From positions 96,001 to 160,000 of the forward strand of contig JBCCHT010000014.1 of NCBI GenBank assembly GCA_039028615.1: DNA of 64,000 nt. Direction: 5' to 3'. A program made the position numbers and the translations under genes. This document shows positions 53,739 through 63,858 of this stretch, piece after piece. The notes beneath the pieces were generated by a model. It ran no database searches. It saw only the letters and a list, made by a program, of their open reading frames with translations, and was not told where the DNA came from. Each line of letters begins with the position of its first letter. Position 1 is the first letter of the stretch. This stretch comes from Myxococcota bacterium. GTDB taxonomy: Bacteria > Myxococcota_A > Polyangia > Nannocystales > Nannocystaceae.

Positions 53739-55901
53739 TCAGACGGGCACGGTGACCAGCGTGGATCCCTCGAGGCGCTCTTGCAGCGCCTGCACGTCCT
53801 CGGTAGAGACGCCGTAGTCGCCGATCATCACGATGTGCCCGCGGAAGCCGTGGCGCTCGTGGAATGCCACCAGCGTGTCCATGGCCTGGTGTAACCGGCT
53901 CTGCGTCGGGTCTCCCGTCTGCGGCGCCAGGGCCAGGAACATGCGGATGTCGTCGGGGGCCAGCTCGGTGAGCTCGGTATGGATGCGCACCGCGTTGCCC
54001 TCGATCCCCGCGGGCCGCAGCGAGTCGCGATCGATGCGATAGACGTACTCCCGCCCGACCGATCCGGTCATGTGGAAGACCACGACCTGTTTGTAGGGAA
54101 TGCCAGTGGTGCGGCTCTGGGCGCGGGCCAGGTCGAGGGCATGCTGGATGAGCCGCCCCATGCGGACGCCACCCACCGCCACCACGATGGTGCGGGCCCC
54201 CGTCTCGATCTCGTCGCCTTCGACCGTCTCGATGACCCGCCGGAAGTAGCGATAGCCCGTGCGGATGAGCTGGCGATGGTTGTAGCTGAGCAGCACCACG
54301 CCCACCATCACGCCGACCACGGTGAGCAGGGCCTGGAGGCTGCGGATCTGCTCGGCGTAGCGCGCGTAGAGGCCGAGCAGCGCAAAGGACAGGAAGGCGA
54401 TGCCGACGATCGCCCCTACGGGCACGCGGGTGCCGGAGATCTTGACGTTGACGGGCGCCCAGTAGATCCGCGGGTCGGCGGCCTTGAAGCGGCGCAGCAG
54501 GATGAACGCGACCACGCCCGAGAACATCACCAGGCCGAAGGTCGCCCCGTACCAGCGCTCGAGGATCTCGACGTCGGCGTCGCCCTCCCAGCACAGCGCG
54601 AAGATGGCCACCAGCATCAGGATGTTGACCCGCGAGAACGCGCCGCGCTCGTTGGTGTCGAGCACCCGTCGCGGGAGCAGGCTGTCGCGCGCCATCGTGA
54701 CCCACAGGCCGCGAGCGCCCGCGAAGCCGGTATTGGTCGCGCCCAGCAGCATCAGCGCCGCGTTGGCCACGATGACCACGTTCCAGATCTCGCCCAGCGT
54801 CTCCGAGCCCGTGACCCCCGTGACCGAGACCTTGCCCAGCACGGCGAGCAGGTAGCCGGAGGCGCCCACCAGCTGGGCCGGCGGCAGCACGAGGAACACC
54901 AGCAGGGACAGCGAGCCGCCGATGACCAGCAGGATGCCGAGCATCCAGTAGTAGATCCGCCGCACGTCGCGACGCGGTCGCTCGAGCTCCTCGGGAATGT
55001 TCATCACCGACTCGACCCCGGAGGCGCCGAGGATGGACGAGCCCAGGGCGGCGGGAATGAGCGCCGCGCCGAGGGTGGCGAAGCCGGGCAGGTAGCTCGC
55101 GGTGCTGTGGCCCAGGCCGTGCTCGGCCGCGGCGCGGTGGGGCGAGACGTCGGCCGACAGATCGAGCTGGGCCCCCTGCACGAAGGCCTCGAAGTTCCCG
55201 CCGTGCATCGCCACGTACACCGCCCCCATCGCGATGGTGATGCCCATGACCGCCAGGTTGAACAGGAAGATGGTGCGGCTGACCTGGACGCTCTCGCGCA
55301 GTCCGTAGTTGTTGAGCGTGTACAGCAGCATCAGCGGGGCGAGCATCACCACCACCCCGGCCGGGAACACGGCCGACAGCGCCAACGCGATCAACGAGGT
55401 CAGCAGCACGGTGACCACCGTGCGTCGCCACTGGCCGGGCATGACCCAGATGCCGAAACCCAGCGCGGGAATGGCCGACAGCCCGATCGCCGCCGCCACC
55501 TGGCCCCACGGCAAGGCCGAGGCCAACGAGGTCACGTAGTCGCTGAAGCTCAGCAGGCTGACGATGGCCGTGGCCACATAGGAAAACGAGATGATGACGC
55601 CGACCAGCGCCGCGGCCCCGATGGCCAGCTTGCCCAGGTGCGACAGGGCGTAGCGGGTCATCACGTAGGTGCCGCCGTTGCTCAGCGTCAGCAGCACCGC
55701 CTCGATGTACAGCGGCGCCAGCAGAAACAGCAGGCCATACAGGCCGATCTGAAACGCGGGCGTGGCATAGCCGACCCCGGCCACGATGAGCGCGCCCGAC
55801 GAGTAGTAGGGCGAGGTCAGCGGGTCGGGGCCGACGAGATAGAGCCCCTCCTTCCAGGAGAGCTTGGGCTGCTCGTGGGTCGAGGGGCTCGATTCGGCCA
55901 T
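53739..55901 (-). CDS. APC-family permease (YdaO/KimA-like) with cytoplasmic C-terminal domain
   Basis: DPLTSPYY, NGGTY, NNYGLRES, SGVESVMN, MARDSLLP; many TM segments. Confidence 0.85.
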   Translation of the reverse strand: MAESSPSTHEQPKLSWKEGLYLVGPDPLTSPYYSSGALIVAGVGYATPAFQIGLYGLLFLLAPLYIEAVLLTLSNGGTYVMTRYALSHLGKLAIGAAALVGVIISFSYVATAIVSLLSFSDYVTSLASALPWGQVAAAIGLSAIPALGFGIWVMPGQWRRTVVTVLLTSLIALALSAVFPAGVVVMLAPLMLLYTLNNYGLRESVQVSRTIFLFNLAVMGITIAMGAVYVAMHGGNFEAFVQGAQLDLSADVSPHRAAAEHGLGHSTASYLPGFATLGAALIPAALGSSILGASGVESVMNIPEELERPRRDVRRIYYWMLGILLVIGGSLSLLVFLVLPPAQLVGASGYLLAVLGKVSVTGVTGSETLGEIWNVVIVANAALMLLGATNTGFAGARGLWVTMARDSLLPRRVLDTNERGAFSRVNILMLVAIFALCWEGDADVEILERWYGATFGLVMFSGVVAFILLRRFKAADPRIYWAPVNVKISGTRVPVGAIVGIAFLSFALLGLYARYAEQIRSLQALLTVVGVMVGVVLLSYNHRQLIRTGYRYFRRVIETVEGDEIETGARTIVVAVGGVRMGRLIQHALDLARAQSRTTGIPYKQVVVFHMTGSVGREYVYRIDRDSLRPAGIEGNAVRIHTELTELAPDDIRMFLALAPQTGDPTQSRLHQAMDTLVAFHERHGFRGHIVMIGDYGVSTEDVQALQERLEGSTLVTVPV

Positions 55902-55913
55902 GGGCCAGGGCGC

Positions 55914-57368
55914 CTAGAGACCGGGGATGACCGGGGGCGCACCACCAGGGGCGCCAGCCGGGGCGGCACCGCCAGCGTCGGCCGGCGCGTCCTTGAACAG
56001 CTCGTCGCGCTCCTTGTGCATCTGCGTGAAGCTCGAGTCCGAGATCACGTAAAACCACTGGTTGAAGCGGGCCTGGAGCTTGCCGGCCTTCTCTTGCGAC
56101 TCGGCCATCTTGGCCTTGTCACCCTCGGCGTCGATGGGCTCGCTGGCCCCCTCGCCTTCCCCGGCGGGATCGGTGAGCCCGGCCAGGCGCGTGTCCATGG
56201 CCGGGTTGTAGCCCACGTCCACGAACATGTAGCGGCTGGCGACCTTCTTGTCGTCGGCCTCCTCGTCCTTGCCCTGCTCCTCGACGCCCTCTTCCACGAC
56301 GCCCTTGTCGTCGTCGGGCGAGCCGGTGGGTGCCCCGGCGGTCAGGTCGATGCCCGTCTCGTAGGTCACCTCGCCGAAGTACAGCGTGTACTCGACCCCG
56401 TCGTCGGTGGCCGCGCTCAGCTTCCCCTCGTTGCCGAAGATCGCCTGCTCGCCGCTGGGACCGGTGGCGACGAAGAAGCCCTTGCGCGCCATGTCCTGGC
56501 GGGCGATCTGCTGCTGGAGCAGGCCCTGGACCTGGGGCCGCGGGCGCACGCCCACGATCTTGAGGTTGGCCATGGCCGTGAGCACCTGACGCAGCTTGGT
56601 GCTGTCGAGCACTTTGCCCTCGGGCACCTCGATGCCCTCGAGCAGCGCCCACTCGCGGCGGTTGGCGGGGTCGATGACCTTGGCCGCAACCGGCTGGAAG
56701 CCGGTCACGCGCCCCTCGACCTCGTCGACGGTGTAGGGGTCGTAGATCATCAGGTGGAACTCGTCGCGCTCCACCCCGAGCAAGTCTTTTTCGATCCAGT
56801 CCTCGAAGCTCGTGGAGATGTCGAGCTCGAGCTTGGATCCGTAGACCCGCTTGCTGTCCTCGCCCGGCTCGCGGACGTAGTAGTAGCCCGACCTCCCCTC
56901 GATCTCATTGCCCACGATGATGTCGACGAGCACCGTGTCGGCGGCGTCTTTGATCGTGATGCGCTGGCCCTTCTCGTCGGCCTCGCCCTCGGTCGCCTCG
57001 GGATCGATGACCCCGTACGCGCCGTGGTTGGCGGGGTTGTCCCCGTAGTAGCGGTCCTTCTTCACGTCGATGAAGGAGGCGGCCGCCTTGCCCATGCGAG
57101 CGGTGCCGTCGGCGGGATAGTCGTTGTGGCTGGGGATGACCCAGCGCCCCTCGGTCTGGCTGACCGAGAAGCTCACGACCCGCGCCTCGTCCTCGTTCCA
57201 CGCGACGATCTCGAGCTGAGTCGCCGTGGTGGGGTCGGTGAAGTCGGGGAACAGCGCCTCGCCCGTGTCCTCGAACTGGACGTCGGGGAGGGGCTGGGGA
57301 CGCATGCTGTAGGCCGCCCCGGCGCTACCCAGGGCGAGGACGACCATGATGATGGTGTTGCGATTCAT
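55914..57368 (-). CDS. DUF4340-like periplasmic partner of Gld-like ABC system
   Basis: N-terminal anchor, WVIPSHNDYPAD, YGV, YYVR, WIEKDLL; last gene of the operon. Confidence 0.75.
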   Translation of the reverse strand: MNRNTIIMVVLALGSAGAAYSMRPQPLPDVQFEDTGEALFPDFTDPTTATQLEIVAWNEDEARVVSFSVSQTEGRWVIPSHNDYPADGTARMGKAAASFIDVKKDRYYGDNPANHGAYGVIDPEATEGEADEKGQRITIKDAADTVLVDIIVGNEIEGRSGYYYVREPGEDSKRVYGSKLELDISTSFEDWIEKDLLGVERDEFHLMIYDPYTVDEVEGRVTGFQPVAAKVIDPANRREWALLEGIEVPEGKVLDSTKLRQVLTAMANLKIVGVRPRPQVQGLLQQQIARQDMARKGFFVATGPSGEQAIFGNEGKLSAATDDGVEYTLYFGEVTYETGIDLTAGAPTGSPDDDKGVVEEGVEEQGKDEEADDKKVASRYMFVDVGYNPAMDTRLAGLTDPAGEGEGASEPIDAEGDKAKMAESQEKAGKLQARFNQWFYVISDSSFTQMHKERDELFKDAPADAGGAAPAGAPGGAPPVIPGL

Positions 57369-57389
57369 CGTTTCGTCTCCGTCCCCGGC

Positions 57390-59366
57390 TCAGGCCTTGG
57401 CACTGCGGCTTTTCGGGATGGTCTCGGTTTCGCGGCGACGCCGACGAACCAGGATGACGAGCGCGAGCAACAGCGCCGGGATCGGGGGCAGCACGACCGC
57501 CAGCAAGCGGATGCGGTCCTGGACCTCGTCGATGGTGCGCTTGTGCTCGGTCTCGATGCGATTGATCGACTTGGCCTTGTCGCGGTTGATGCGGGCCTCT
57601 TTGACCTTGAGGCGCCGCGACTCGGCCGCCTGCGCGCTCTCGGCCATGATCTCTTTGGTGTTCTCGTCGAGATCGGTGCGCGCGCGGATCTTGTCGACCA
57701 TCGCGTCGAGCGCCTTCTGGGCCTCGTCGAGCTCCTCGTCCGCCTTCTTGTTGGCCTCCTCGCGCTCCTTCTGGAGCGTGTCGTGGGCCTCTTGAGTTTG
57801 CTCGTCGACCCAGGTCAGGCGGCGGAACTTCTGCTGCCGCTTGCGCAGCTCGATGAAGCGATCGTCGCCCGCGAGCGAGTCGACCGCGTTGAGCAGGAAG
57901 GTGACGTTGTCGAAGCGCAGGTCGATGAGACCGTCGCCGTTGGTGTCGCCGCCGCGCTCGCGCAGCTGGAAGAACTGGTCGTGGAACAGGTCGAGGTCGG
58001 CGACCACGATGACGTTGCGGTCTTTGGGTGCCGTCTCGCCCTCGGCCGCCTGGCCCCCGCCGCCGCCGGAGATGCGCGCCGCCATGACGGTGCTGGTCCC
58101 GGTGATGGGGGAGCCCTTGGCCCGCGGGTTCATCTGCAGCCCGAACAGCGGGTGCGAGCTGACCATCTCCTCGAACAGGAAGTAGCCCGAGCTGCGGCCC
58201 GTCTGGAGCAGCGGCGTGAACTGACCGGTGAAGCTCGCCGACTTGCGAAGCTCACCGCCGAAGAGCACGACGATCTCGCTGAGGCCGGCCACCACCGGGT
58301 CCACGCCTTCGCCCTCGAAGGGGTCGAAGCCGCCCGGTCGCTCGCCCACGAACACCACCCGGTTGGGCACCTCGGAGAAGCTCGGGTGCGGGTTGTAGGT
58401 GTCGTAGACGATGTGGTCGTCGGCCCAGTCGACGCCGATGCCCGCGAGCATGCCGCGGAAGTCACCCTTGGGCTGGGCCGGGGGCTGACCGCCCATCATG
58501 CCGCCCATGCCTCCGCCTTGCGGGTTGGGCTTGGGCTGGCTGGGCGCGAGCCCGGGGTTGAAGGTGGGGAACGGGTCGACGGTGAGCAAGGCCGGACGGC
58601 CTGCGTCGACGTACTCGCGCACCTTGTCCAGCTCGGCCTGGGTCAGGCTGGCCAGCTGCGGGACCAGCAGCACGTCCACGTCCTCGGGAATGGCGGCCGT
58701 GGGGTTGAGGCTGCGGACCTCGTACTGCTTGCGCAGCTCGGCCACGATGGCCCACGCGGGCTGCTGCTGCCGGGTCTGCATGTCGAAGTTGCCCATGATG
58801 GGCGCGTCCGTGCGCAGGATGCCGACGACTCGCTTCTTCTCCTCGGTGACGACCTGGAGCGCGCGGATGATCTCGTACTCGACGGACAGACCGGCGCTGA
58901 GGAAGGGCACCACCTCTTCACGCGGACCGCTGACGAAGGCCAGGCCCAGGAAGGTGGGGATGAAGTCGAGGCGGCCGCCCTCTTGGTTGGGCAGCTCGCG
59001 GGGGAAGATGCCGTACTTCTCGAGCGCCTCCTCGGCGTCGAGCGAGTACTCCTTGGGCTCCACGATGCGAACCTGGAGGCCGGGGCCGCCGGAGCTCTCC
59101 ATCTCGCGCAGGATGTTGAGCAGGCGCGAGCGGACCTCGACGTAGTCGCGAGGCACCTCTTTGGACACGTAGGCGTGCACCGTGACCGGGCGATCGGTCT
59201 CGATGCCCTCGATGAGCTTCAGCGTGTCCGGAGTGAGCTGGGACAGCCCCTCCTCGGTCAGGTCGCTCCGTACGTGGGAGCGCTGCCCCATGAACGCGAC
59301 CGAGACCGTAATGACGATCAGCGCCAGCAGGCGGATCAATCGATGATGGCGTGCAGTGAGAGCCAT
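57390..59366 (-). CDS. GldG-family ABC auxiliary component
   Basis: RSDLTEE..LT, EYEIIRAL, VVADLDLF, DNVTFLLNAVDSL, coiled coil, C-terminal TM. Confidence 0.85.
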   Translation of the reverse strand: MALTARHHRLIRLLALIVITVSVAFMGQRSHVRSDLTEEGLSQLTPDTLKLIEGIETDRPVTVHAYVSKEVPRDYVEVRSRLLNILREMESSGGPGLQVRIVEPKEYSLDAEEALEKYGIFPRELPNQEGGRLDFIPTFLGLAFVSGPREEVVPFLSAGLSVEYEIIRALQVVTEEKKRVVGILRTDAPIMGNFDMQTRQQQPAWAIVAELRKQYEVRSLNPTAAIPEDVDVLLVPQLASLTQAELDKVREYVDAGRPALLTVDPFPTFNPGLAPSQPKPNPQGGGMGGMMGGQPPAQPKGDFRGMLAGIGVDWADDHIVYDTYNPHPSFSEVPNRVVFVGERPGGFDPFEGEGVDPVVAGLSEIVVLFGGELRKSASFTGQFTPLLQTGRSSGYFLFEEMVSSHPLFGLQMNPRAKGSPITGTSTVMAARISGGGGGQAAEGETAPKDRNVIVVADLDLFHDQFFQLRERGGDTNGDGLIDLRFDNVTFLLNAVDSLAGDDRFIELRKRQQKFRRLTWVDEQTQEAHDTLQKEREEANKKADEELDEAQKALDAMVDKIRARTDLDENTKEIMAESAQAAESRRLKVKEARINRDKAKSINRIETEHKRTIDEVQDRIRLLAVVLPPIPALLLALVILVRRRRRETETIPKSRSAKA

Positions 59367-59368
59367 GG

Positions 59369-60286
59369 CTACCAGTGCCTCCGTCCGAGAAGGAATGCGC
59401 AGAAGTAGAGCAGCACGACCACTCCACCCAAGAAGTAGGAGACGTCGCCGAGGCGCATGACGCCCTCGCCGAAGCTCTCGAAGTGGTCACCGACCGACAG
59501 GGACGCGAAGAACTCCTGGAACTGGCTGCTGAGGTCGGTGATGGCCTCGCCGTTCTCGTAGTACTCCTCGTCGCTGGTGGTGAAGCGCCGCGACTGCCAC
59601 ATCAGGGCACCAGCGGCGAGACCCACCACGCCGAACAGCACGGTGGACAGCGACCCGCGACCGGCCAGTACGTAGCCGATGAGGGTGAACAGGACGCCGA
59701 TGATGGTCACGCCCACCAGGCCGGACGCCCAGGGAGTGGAGCCGGCGACGACCAGCGACAGGCACCCGGTCGCGCCCAGGATGAACGCCACCGTGGTGTT
59801 GAGGGTGAGCATCGAGCCCACCAGGCCGATGGCCGCGAACAGCAGGCCGATGAACCAGTACCCGGCGAAGGTCGAGAACATCAGGCCCTTGTCGGGCTCA
59901 CCGAGCACGCTCAGCACCGTCAGCTGGGCCACCGAGGTCAGCGCCAGCGACAGGGTGAACATGCCGACCACGCCGAGATACTTACCCAGCACCACCTCGC
60001 CGTCGCGGATGGGCAGGGTCATGAGCAGCTCGTCGGTGCCCGCCTGCCGCTCCCGCGCCCACGCATCCATCGTGATGGCGGGCACGAAGAACATCAGAAT
60101 GAGCGGCATGATGGGGTTCAGCGTCGCCAGGTCGGCGAGGTTGCGGGAGAAGAACCCCTCCTGCAGGAACGCCGCCGAGCCCGTGGCGAGGATGAACAAC
60201 GTGATGAACACGTAGCCGGTGGGATTGCCGAGGTAGGCGCGCATGTCCTTGCGGAAGATCGCGCTCACCACCTTGAAGTCGAGCAT
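59369..60286 (-). CDS. GldF-like ABC-2 permease
   Basis: FRKDMRAYLGNPTGY, PAITM..ARERQAGTDELLMTLP, LGKYL. Confidence 0.88.
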   Translation of the reverse strand: MLDFKVVSAIFRKDMRAYLGNPTGYVFITLFILATGSAAFLQEGFFSRNLADLATLNPIMPLILMFFVPAITMDAWARERQAGTDELLMTLPIRDGEVVLGKYLGVVGMFTLSLALTSVAQLTVLSVLGEPDKGLMFSTFAGYWFIGLLFAAIGLVGSMLTLNTTVAFILGATGCLSLVVAGSTPWASGLVGVTIIGVLFTLIGYVLAGRGSLSTVLFGVVGLAAGALMWQSRRFTTSDEEYYENGEAITDLSSQFQEFFASLSVGDHFESFGEGVMRLGDVSYFLGGVVVLLYFCAFLLGRRHW

Positions 60287-61050
60287 CAGGCCACCTCCTT
60301 GTCTTCGTCTTGCGTCTTGCCGCCGGCCAGGTCGACGAAGCGCTCCTCGAGGGTGCCGTCGGCCGAAAGCTCGTCTTTGGTGCCCGTGAAGACCACGCGA
60401 CCTTCGCTGATCATCACGACCTCGCTGGCGACCGCCTCGACCTCCTGGAGGATGTGGGTCGACAGCAAGATGGTCTTGTTCTGCCCCAGCTCGATGATGA
60501 GGTCCCGGACCTCCCGGATCTGTAGAGGATCCAGACCGGAGGTGGGCTCATCGAGGATCAGCACGTCGGGGTCGTGCAGCAGGGCCTGAGCCATGCCCAC
60601 GCGCTGCCGATAACCCTTCGAGAGCTTGTGGATGGGCTTGTGCAGGACATCCCCCACCGCGCATTGCTGGACCACGCGGTCGATGGCGGCCAGGGGCTTG
60701 TCCACCGCCCGGATGTCGGAGAAGAAGCTGAGCGCCTCGAACGGCGTCATGTCGCGGTACAGCGGTCCGCTCTCGGGCAGATACCCGAGGGACCGTGCGA
60801 GCTCGCGACGCTGCTCCCCGTCGGAAGGGTCCCGCCCCATGACCTCGGCGCTGCCCGAAGTCGCCGAAGAAAACCCGGTCAGGATCTTCATCGTGGTGGA
60901 CTTGCCCGCGCCGTTGGGCCCGAGGAACGCACAGACCGTGCCTTTGCGTACCTCGAAGCTGACCTTGGAGAGCGCGGCAAACTCCCCGTACAGCTTGGTG
61001 ATCTCGTTCGCCCGGATGGTTACCGGACGTGCCTTTTGGTCTTTGGCCAT
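60286..61050 (-). CDS. GldA-like ABC transporter ATP-binding protein
   Basis: GPNGAGKSTT, LSKGYRQRVG, ILDEPTSGLDP, LSTH. Confidence 0.92.
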   Translation of the reverse strand: MAKDQKARPVTIRANEITKLYGEFAALSKVSFEVRKGTVCAFLGPNGAGKSTTMKILTGFSSATSGSAEVMGRDPSDGEQRRELARSLGYLPESGPLYRDMTPFEALSFFSDIRAVDKPLAAIDRVVQQCAVGDVLHKPIHKLSKGYRQRVGMAQALLHDPDVLILDEPTSGLDPLQIREVRDLIIELGQNKTILLSTHILQEVEAVASEVVMISEGRVVFTGTKDELSADGTLEERFVDLAGGKTQDEDKEVA

Positions 61051-61297
61051 GAATCGGTCTGCCTCGTTCGTCCCGCCCGGCCGAAGGTCCCCGATGGACG
61101 GGCCAGCGACGGGATTGCGTCTGGTCCGCGCCATTGGCGCAGGACACGCGGCGCATAGTTTTGTCGGGTCGGCGAATGTACGCAAGGGGCCGCGCGCAGG
61201 AGATGTCCCACAAACAAAGCGGGATCGTCGCGGCGTGCCTCGCGGGCCCTCGCGAACAATTTCGGCGAATGCGACGCGAGGGCTAGGGTGCGAGGCA

Positions 61298-62488
61298 ATG
61301 GTCTCGGCTGCCTTCGCTCGCCATGTGGCGCTCATGACGCTACTCGTCGGATCTGCCGCCTGTTCGGAGGGTTCCGCCGCCGAACCGAGAGCTGCGGTGT
61401 CTGTTTCGGCGGACGCCGAAGCCCCCGCGCCCGCGGTGAAGGCCCCGGCCGTCCCTTCCCCGGCCGCCACGACCACGCTGGCCGCCGCGCAAGCCGCGAA
61501 CGTGGCTCCGAGCCGGGCCGTCGTCGCCGACCCGATCGAGCCCGCCGATCCCCTGCGTCCGCTCTCGGCCGACGAGCGCACACGCTTCGCCGCGGGGGAT
61601 CGAGACGAGCCGATCCCGGTCGAGATCCACTACATCCAGAGCAACGAGACCCGACACGACCTGTTCTTCCCGTTCCTCGAGCAGCTCGGGGGAGCGTTCG
61701 TCGGCGTCGGCTCGGACCAGAGCTTCACCATGGCCGCCGCGGCTCGGGCCGAGCTGCTGATCATGATGGACATCGATCACCGCGTGGTCGACCTGCACCA
61801 GATCTACGCCGTGCTGATCCCCGAGGCACACAGCCCTCGAGCGCTCGTGGACGCGTTCGAGAGCGACGCCCAGGCCGCCGTGCTCGCGCGACTCGAAGAC
61901 GCGTTCGCCGACCGGACCCCGGCCGAGCGCCGTCGCCTGCTGCAGGGCTATCGCGCCAGCCGAGAGACCGTGCTCCGACACCTGCACCGGGTGATCGACC
62001 GTCGCGTCGACGGCGAGCCCGCGTCGTGGCTGTCCGACCCCGCCATGTTCGAGCACCTGCAGACGCTGTATCGCAGCGGTCGGGTGCGGGTCCTGCCCGG
62101 CAACCTCGCGGGCGAGTCCAGCATGCAGACCATCGGGGCCGTCACCCGAGACCTCGGCATCCCCGTGCGTGCGCTGTACCTGAGCAACGCCGAGGAGTAC
62201 TTCATGTACACGCCGCAGTTCGTCGCCAACATCCAGGCCCTGCCCGTGGACGAGCGCAGCATCGTGCTGCGGACCATCTACGCCAAGACCTGGGAGCACG
62301 CCGACCTTTGGGCGTACCAGGTGCAGTCCGCCGCCGATTTCGTCGAGCGCCTGGGCGATCGAAGCCGCGCCAGCGGGCGGAAGGCCATGCTCCGCCACGC
62401 CGTCAAGGACGGCGTCATCGACCACGCACCAGGTCCCAAGGGCCTGTCGCTGCTGGCGATGGAGCGCGCCCTGACCGACGACGAGTGA
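61298..62488 (+). CDS. lipoprotein with LIC_10091-like, possibly Rossmann-type domain
   Basis: Lipobox SAAC, Ala/Pro linker, YIQSNE, GGAFVGVGSDQ, MMDID, LYLSNAEEY; family name is from memory. Confidence 0.7.
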   Translation: MVSAAFARHVALMTLLVGSAACSEGSAAEPRAAVSVSADAEAPAPAVKAPAVPSPAATTTLAAAQAANVAPSRAVVADPIEPADPLRPLSADERTRFAAGDRDEPIPVEIHYIQSNETRHDLFFPFLEQLGGAFVGVGSDQSFTMAAAARAELLIMMDIDHRVVDLHQIYAVLIPEAHSPRALVDAFESDAQAAVLARLEDAFADRTPAERRRLLQGYRASRETVLRHLHRVIDRRVDGEPASWLSDPAMFEHLQTLYRSGRVRVLPGNLAGESSMQTIGAVTRDLGIPVRALYLSNAEEYFMYTPQFVANIQALPVDERSIVLRTIYAKTWEHADLWAYQVQSAADFVERLGDRSRASGRKAMLRHAVKDGVIDHAPGPKGLSLLAMERALTDDE

Positions 62489-62537
62489 TCCAGATCCCTG
62501 GCGAAGGCCGCGGGCCCGCCGATACCGTGCGCTCGCC

Positions 62538-63020
62538 ATGTCCGTAAAGAGCGCGCGACCCGGTCATTGGGTCTTGGTCATCACCCTCCTGGCAATGGCT
62601 TTGGCCGCGTTCACCATGGATCGCTCGGCCGCGCTCGACCTGTGCGGGCCCGACTCGCCCGACCCCTTCGGCCGCGCGCTGTGGGACTACGGGCAGCGCT
62701 ACGATCCGCTCGTGTCCGACAACCCGTTCTTCTTGCGGGTGATGTCGGGCCTGAGCGCGTTCGTGTTCGGCCCCCTCGAGCTGCTCATCGCCTACGGCCT
62801 GTGGAAGGGCCGCGCCTGGGTCCGCCTGCCCGCCATCGTGTGGTCGGTGGCCATGCTCTACTCGATGGTCGTGCACACCATCGCCGAGCTGTGGGGACCC
62901 CTGCCCCCGCCCAACCCGGTCATCGCCGTGGCGGCCTATACCGCGTACATCATCGTGCCGCTCGTGCTGCTGTGGCGCTTCCGCGAGGGGCTCGTCGGTC
63001 CCGCGAGCCCCTCCGCATGA
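62538..63020 (+). CDS. EXPERA/EBP-like 4-TM membrane protein
   Basis: Four hydrophobic helices; WDYGQRYDPL..NPFFLR..FVFGP motif. Confidence 0.7.
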   Translation: MSVKSARPGHWVLVITLLAMALAAFTMDRSAALDLCGPDSPDPFGRALWDYGQRYDPLVSDNPFFLRVMSGLSAFVFGPLELLIAYGLWKGRAWVRLPAIVWSVAMLYSMVVHTIAELWGPLPPPNPVIAVAAYTAYIIVPLVLLWRFREGLVGPASPSA

Positions 63021-63072
63021 GCGCGGTGCGTCGACGCGACCGAAGCCGCGCCGACACTCCGTCACGATCCAC

Positions 63073-63762
63073 CTAGCCGCACACGCCCGGGCACGGGCAC
63101 GTGAAGCAGTACTGGGGCTGGCAGGCCTGGCCGTAGCCGCAGTCATTGTCGTCGTGGCAGCCCGCCACGCACTCCATCTGGTCGGTGCCGCAGCCGGGGA
63201 ACGACGGCTCGCACACCGTGCCCGGACCGCAGTCGTAGTCGCTCTCGCAGCTGGTGTCGTCGGGGATGCAGTTGCCCGGGCACGGGCAGGTCACGCACAC
63301 CACCGGGTCGCAGATTTCGCCGGAGCCGCAGTCGGCATCCTCGTGGCAGCCCGCCACGCACTGCATGTCGTCGAGGTCGCAGCTGGGACCGCCCGGCTCG
63401 CACACCGTGCCCTGCCCGCAATCGTCGTCGTCTTCGCAGCCGTCGCCGCCCTCGGGCTGACAGCTGCCCGGACACGGACACGTCACGCAGTCGACCTGCT
63501 CGCAGAACTCGCCCGAGCCGCAGTCGGCGTCCTCGTGACAGCCGGGCACGCACGAGCTCTTGTTCACGTTGCAAAGAGGCCCGGAGGGTTCGCAGACCGT
63601 GCCGTCGTTGCAGTCGGTATCGTCCTCACAGGGGGCCTTTTGCTCTGCGGCCGCGGACAGCTTGCGGTAGCTCAGATCGTCGGTGGGCTCCTCACCGAGA
63701 TCGCAGCCGACCGCGATGCCGAAGGCCATGGACAGAGCGAGGGGAATCGTCAAAAAGCGCAT
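63073..63762 (-). CDS. Cys-rich repeat lipoprotein
   Basis: Lipobox AVGC; three repeats of about 60 aa with 12 Cys each, ending CxTCPCPGxC. Confidence 0.85.
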   Translation of the reverse strand: MRFLTIPLALSMAFGIAVGCDLGEEPTDDLSYRKLSAAAEQKAPCEDDTDCNDGTVCEPSGPLCNVNKSSCVPGCHEDADCGSGEFCEQVDCVTCPCPGSCQPEGGDGCEDDDDCGQGTVCEPGGPSCDLDDMQCVAGCHEDADCGSGEICDPVVCVTCPCPGNCIPDDTSCESDYDCGPGTVCEPSFPGCGTDQMECVAGCHDDNDCGYGQACQPQYCFTCPCPGVCG

Positions 63763-63858
63763 GGGGTCTCGTTTCGTCGTCGTGGTCGCGATGCACGACC
63801 ACGAAGTGACAAGCGCAAACGAGACGAGAACCTGATCAGCCTCGCGTCGATTTTTTTC

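Noticed and set aside
53979..59408. 1809-aa plus-strand ORF
   Set aside because: Shadow across three real minus-strand genes; no recognisable domain.
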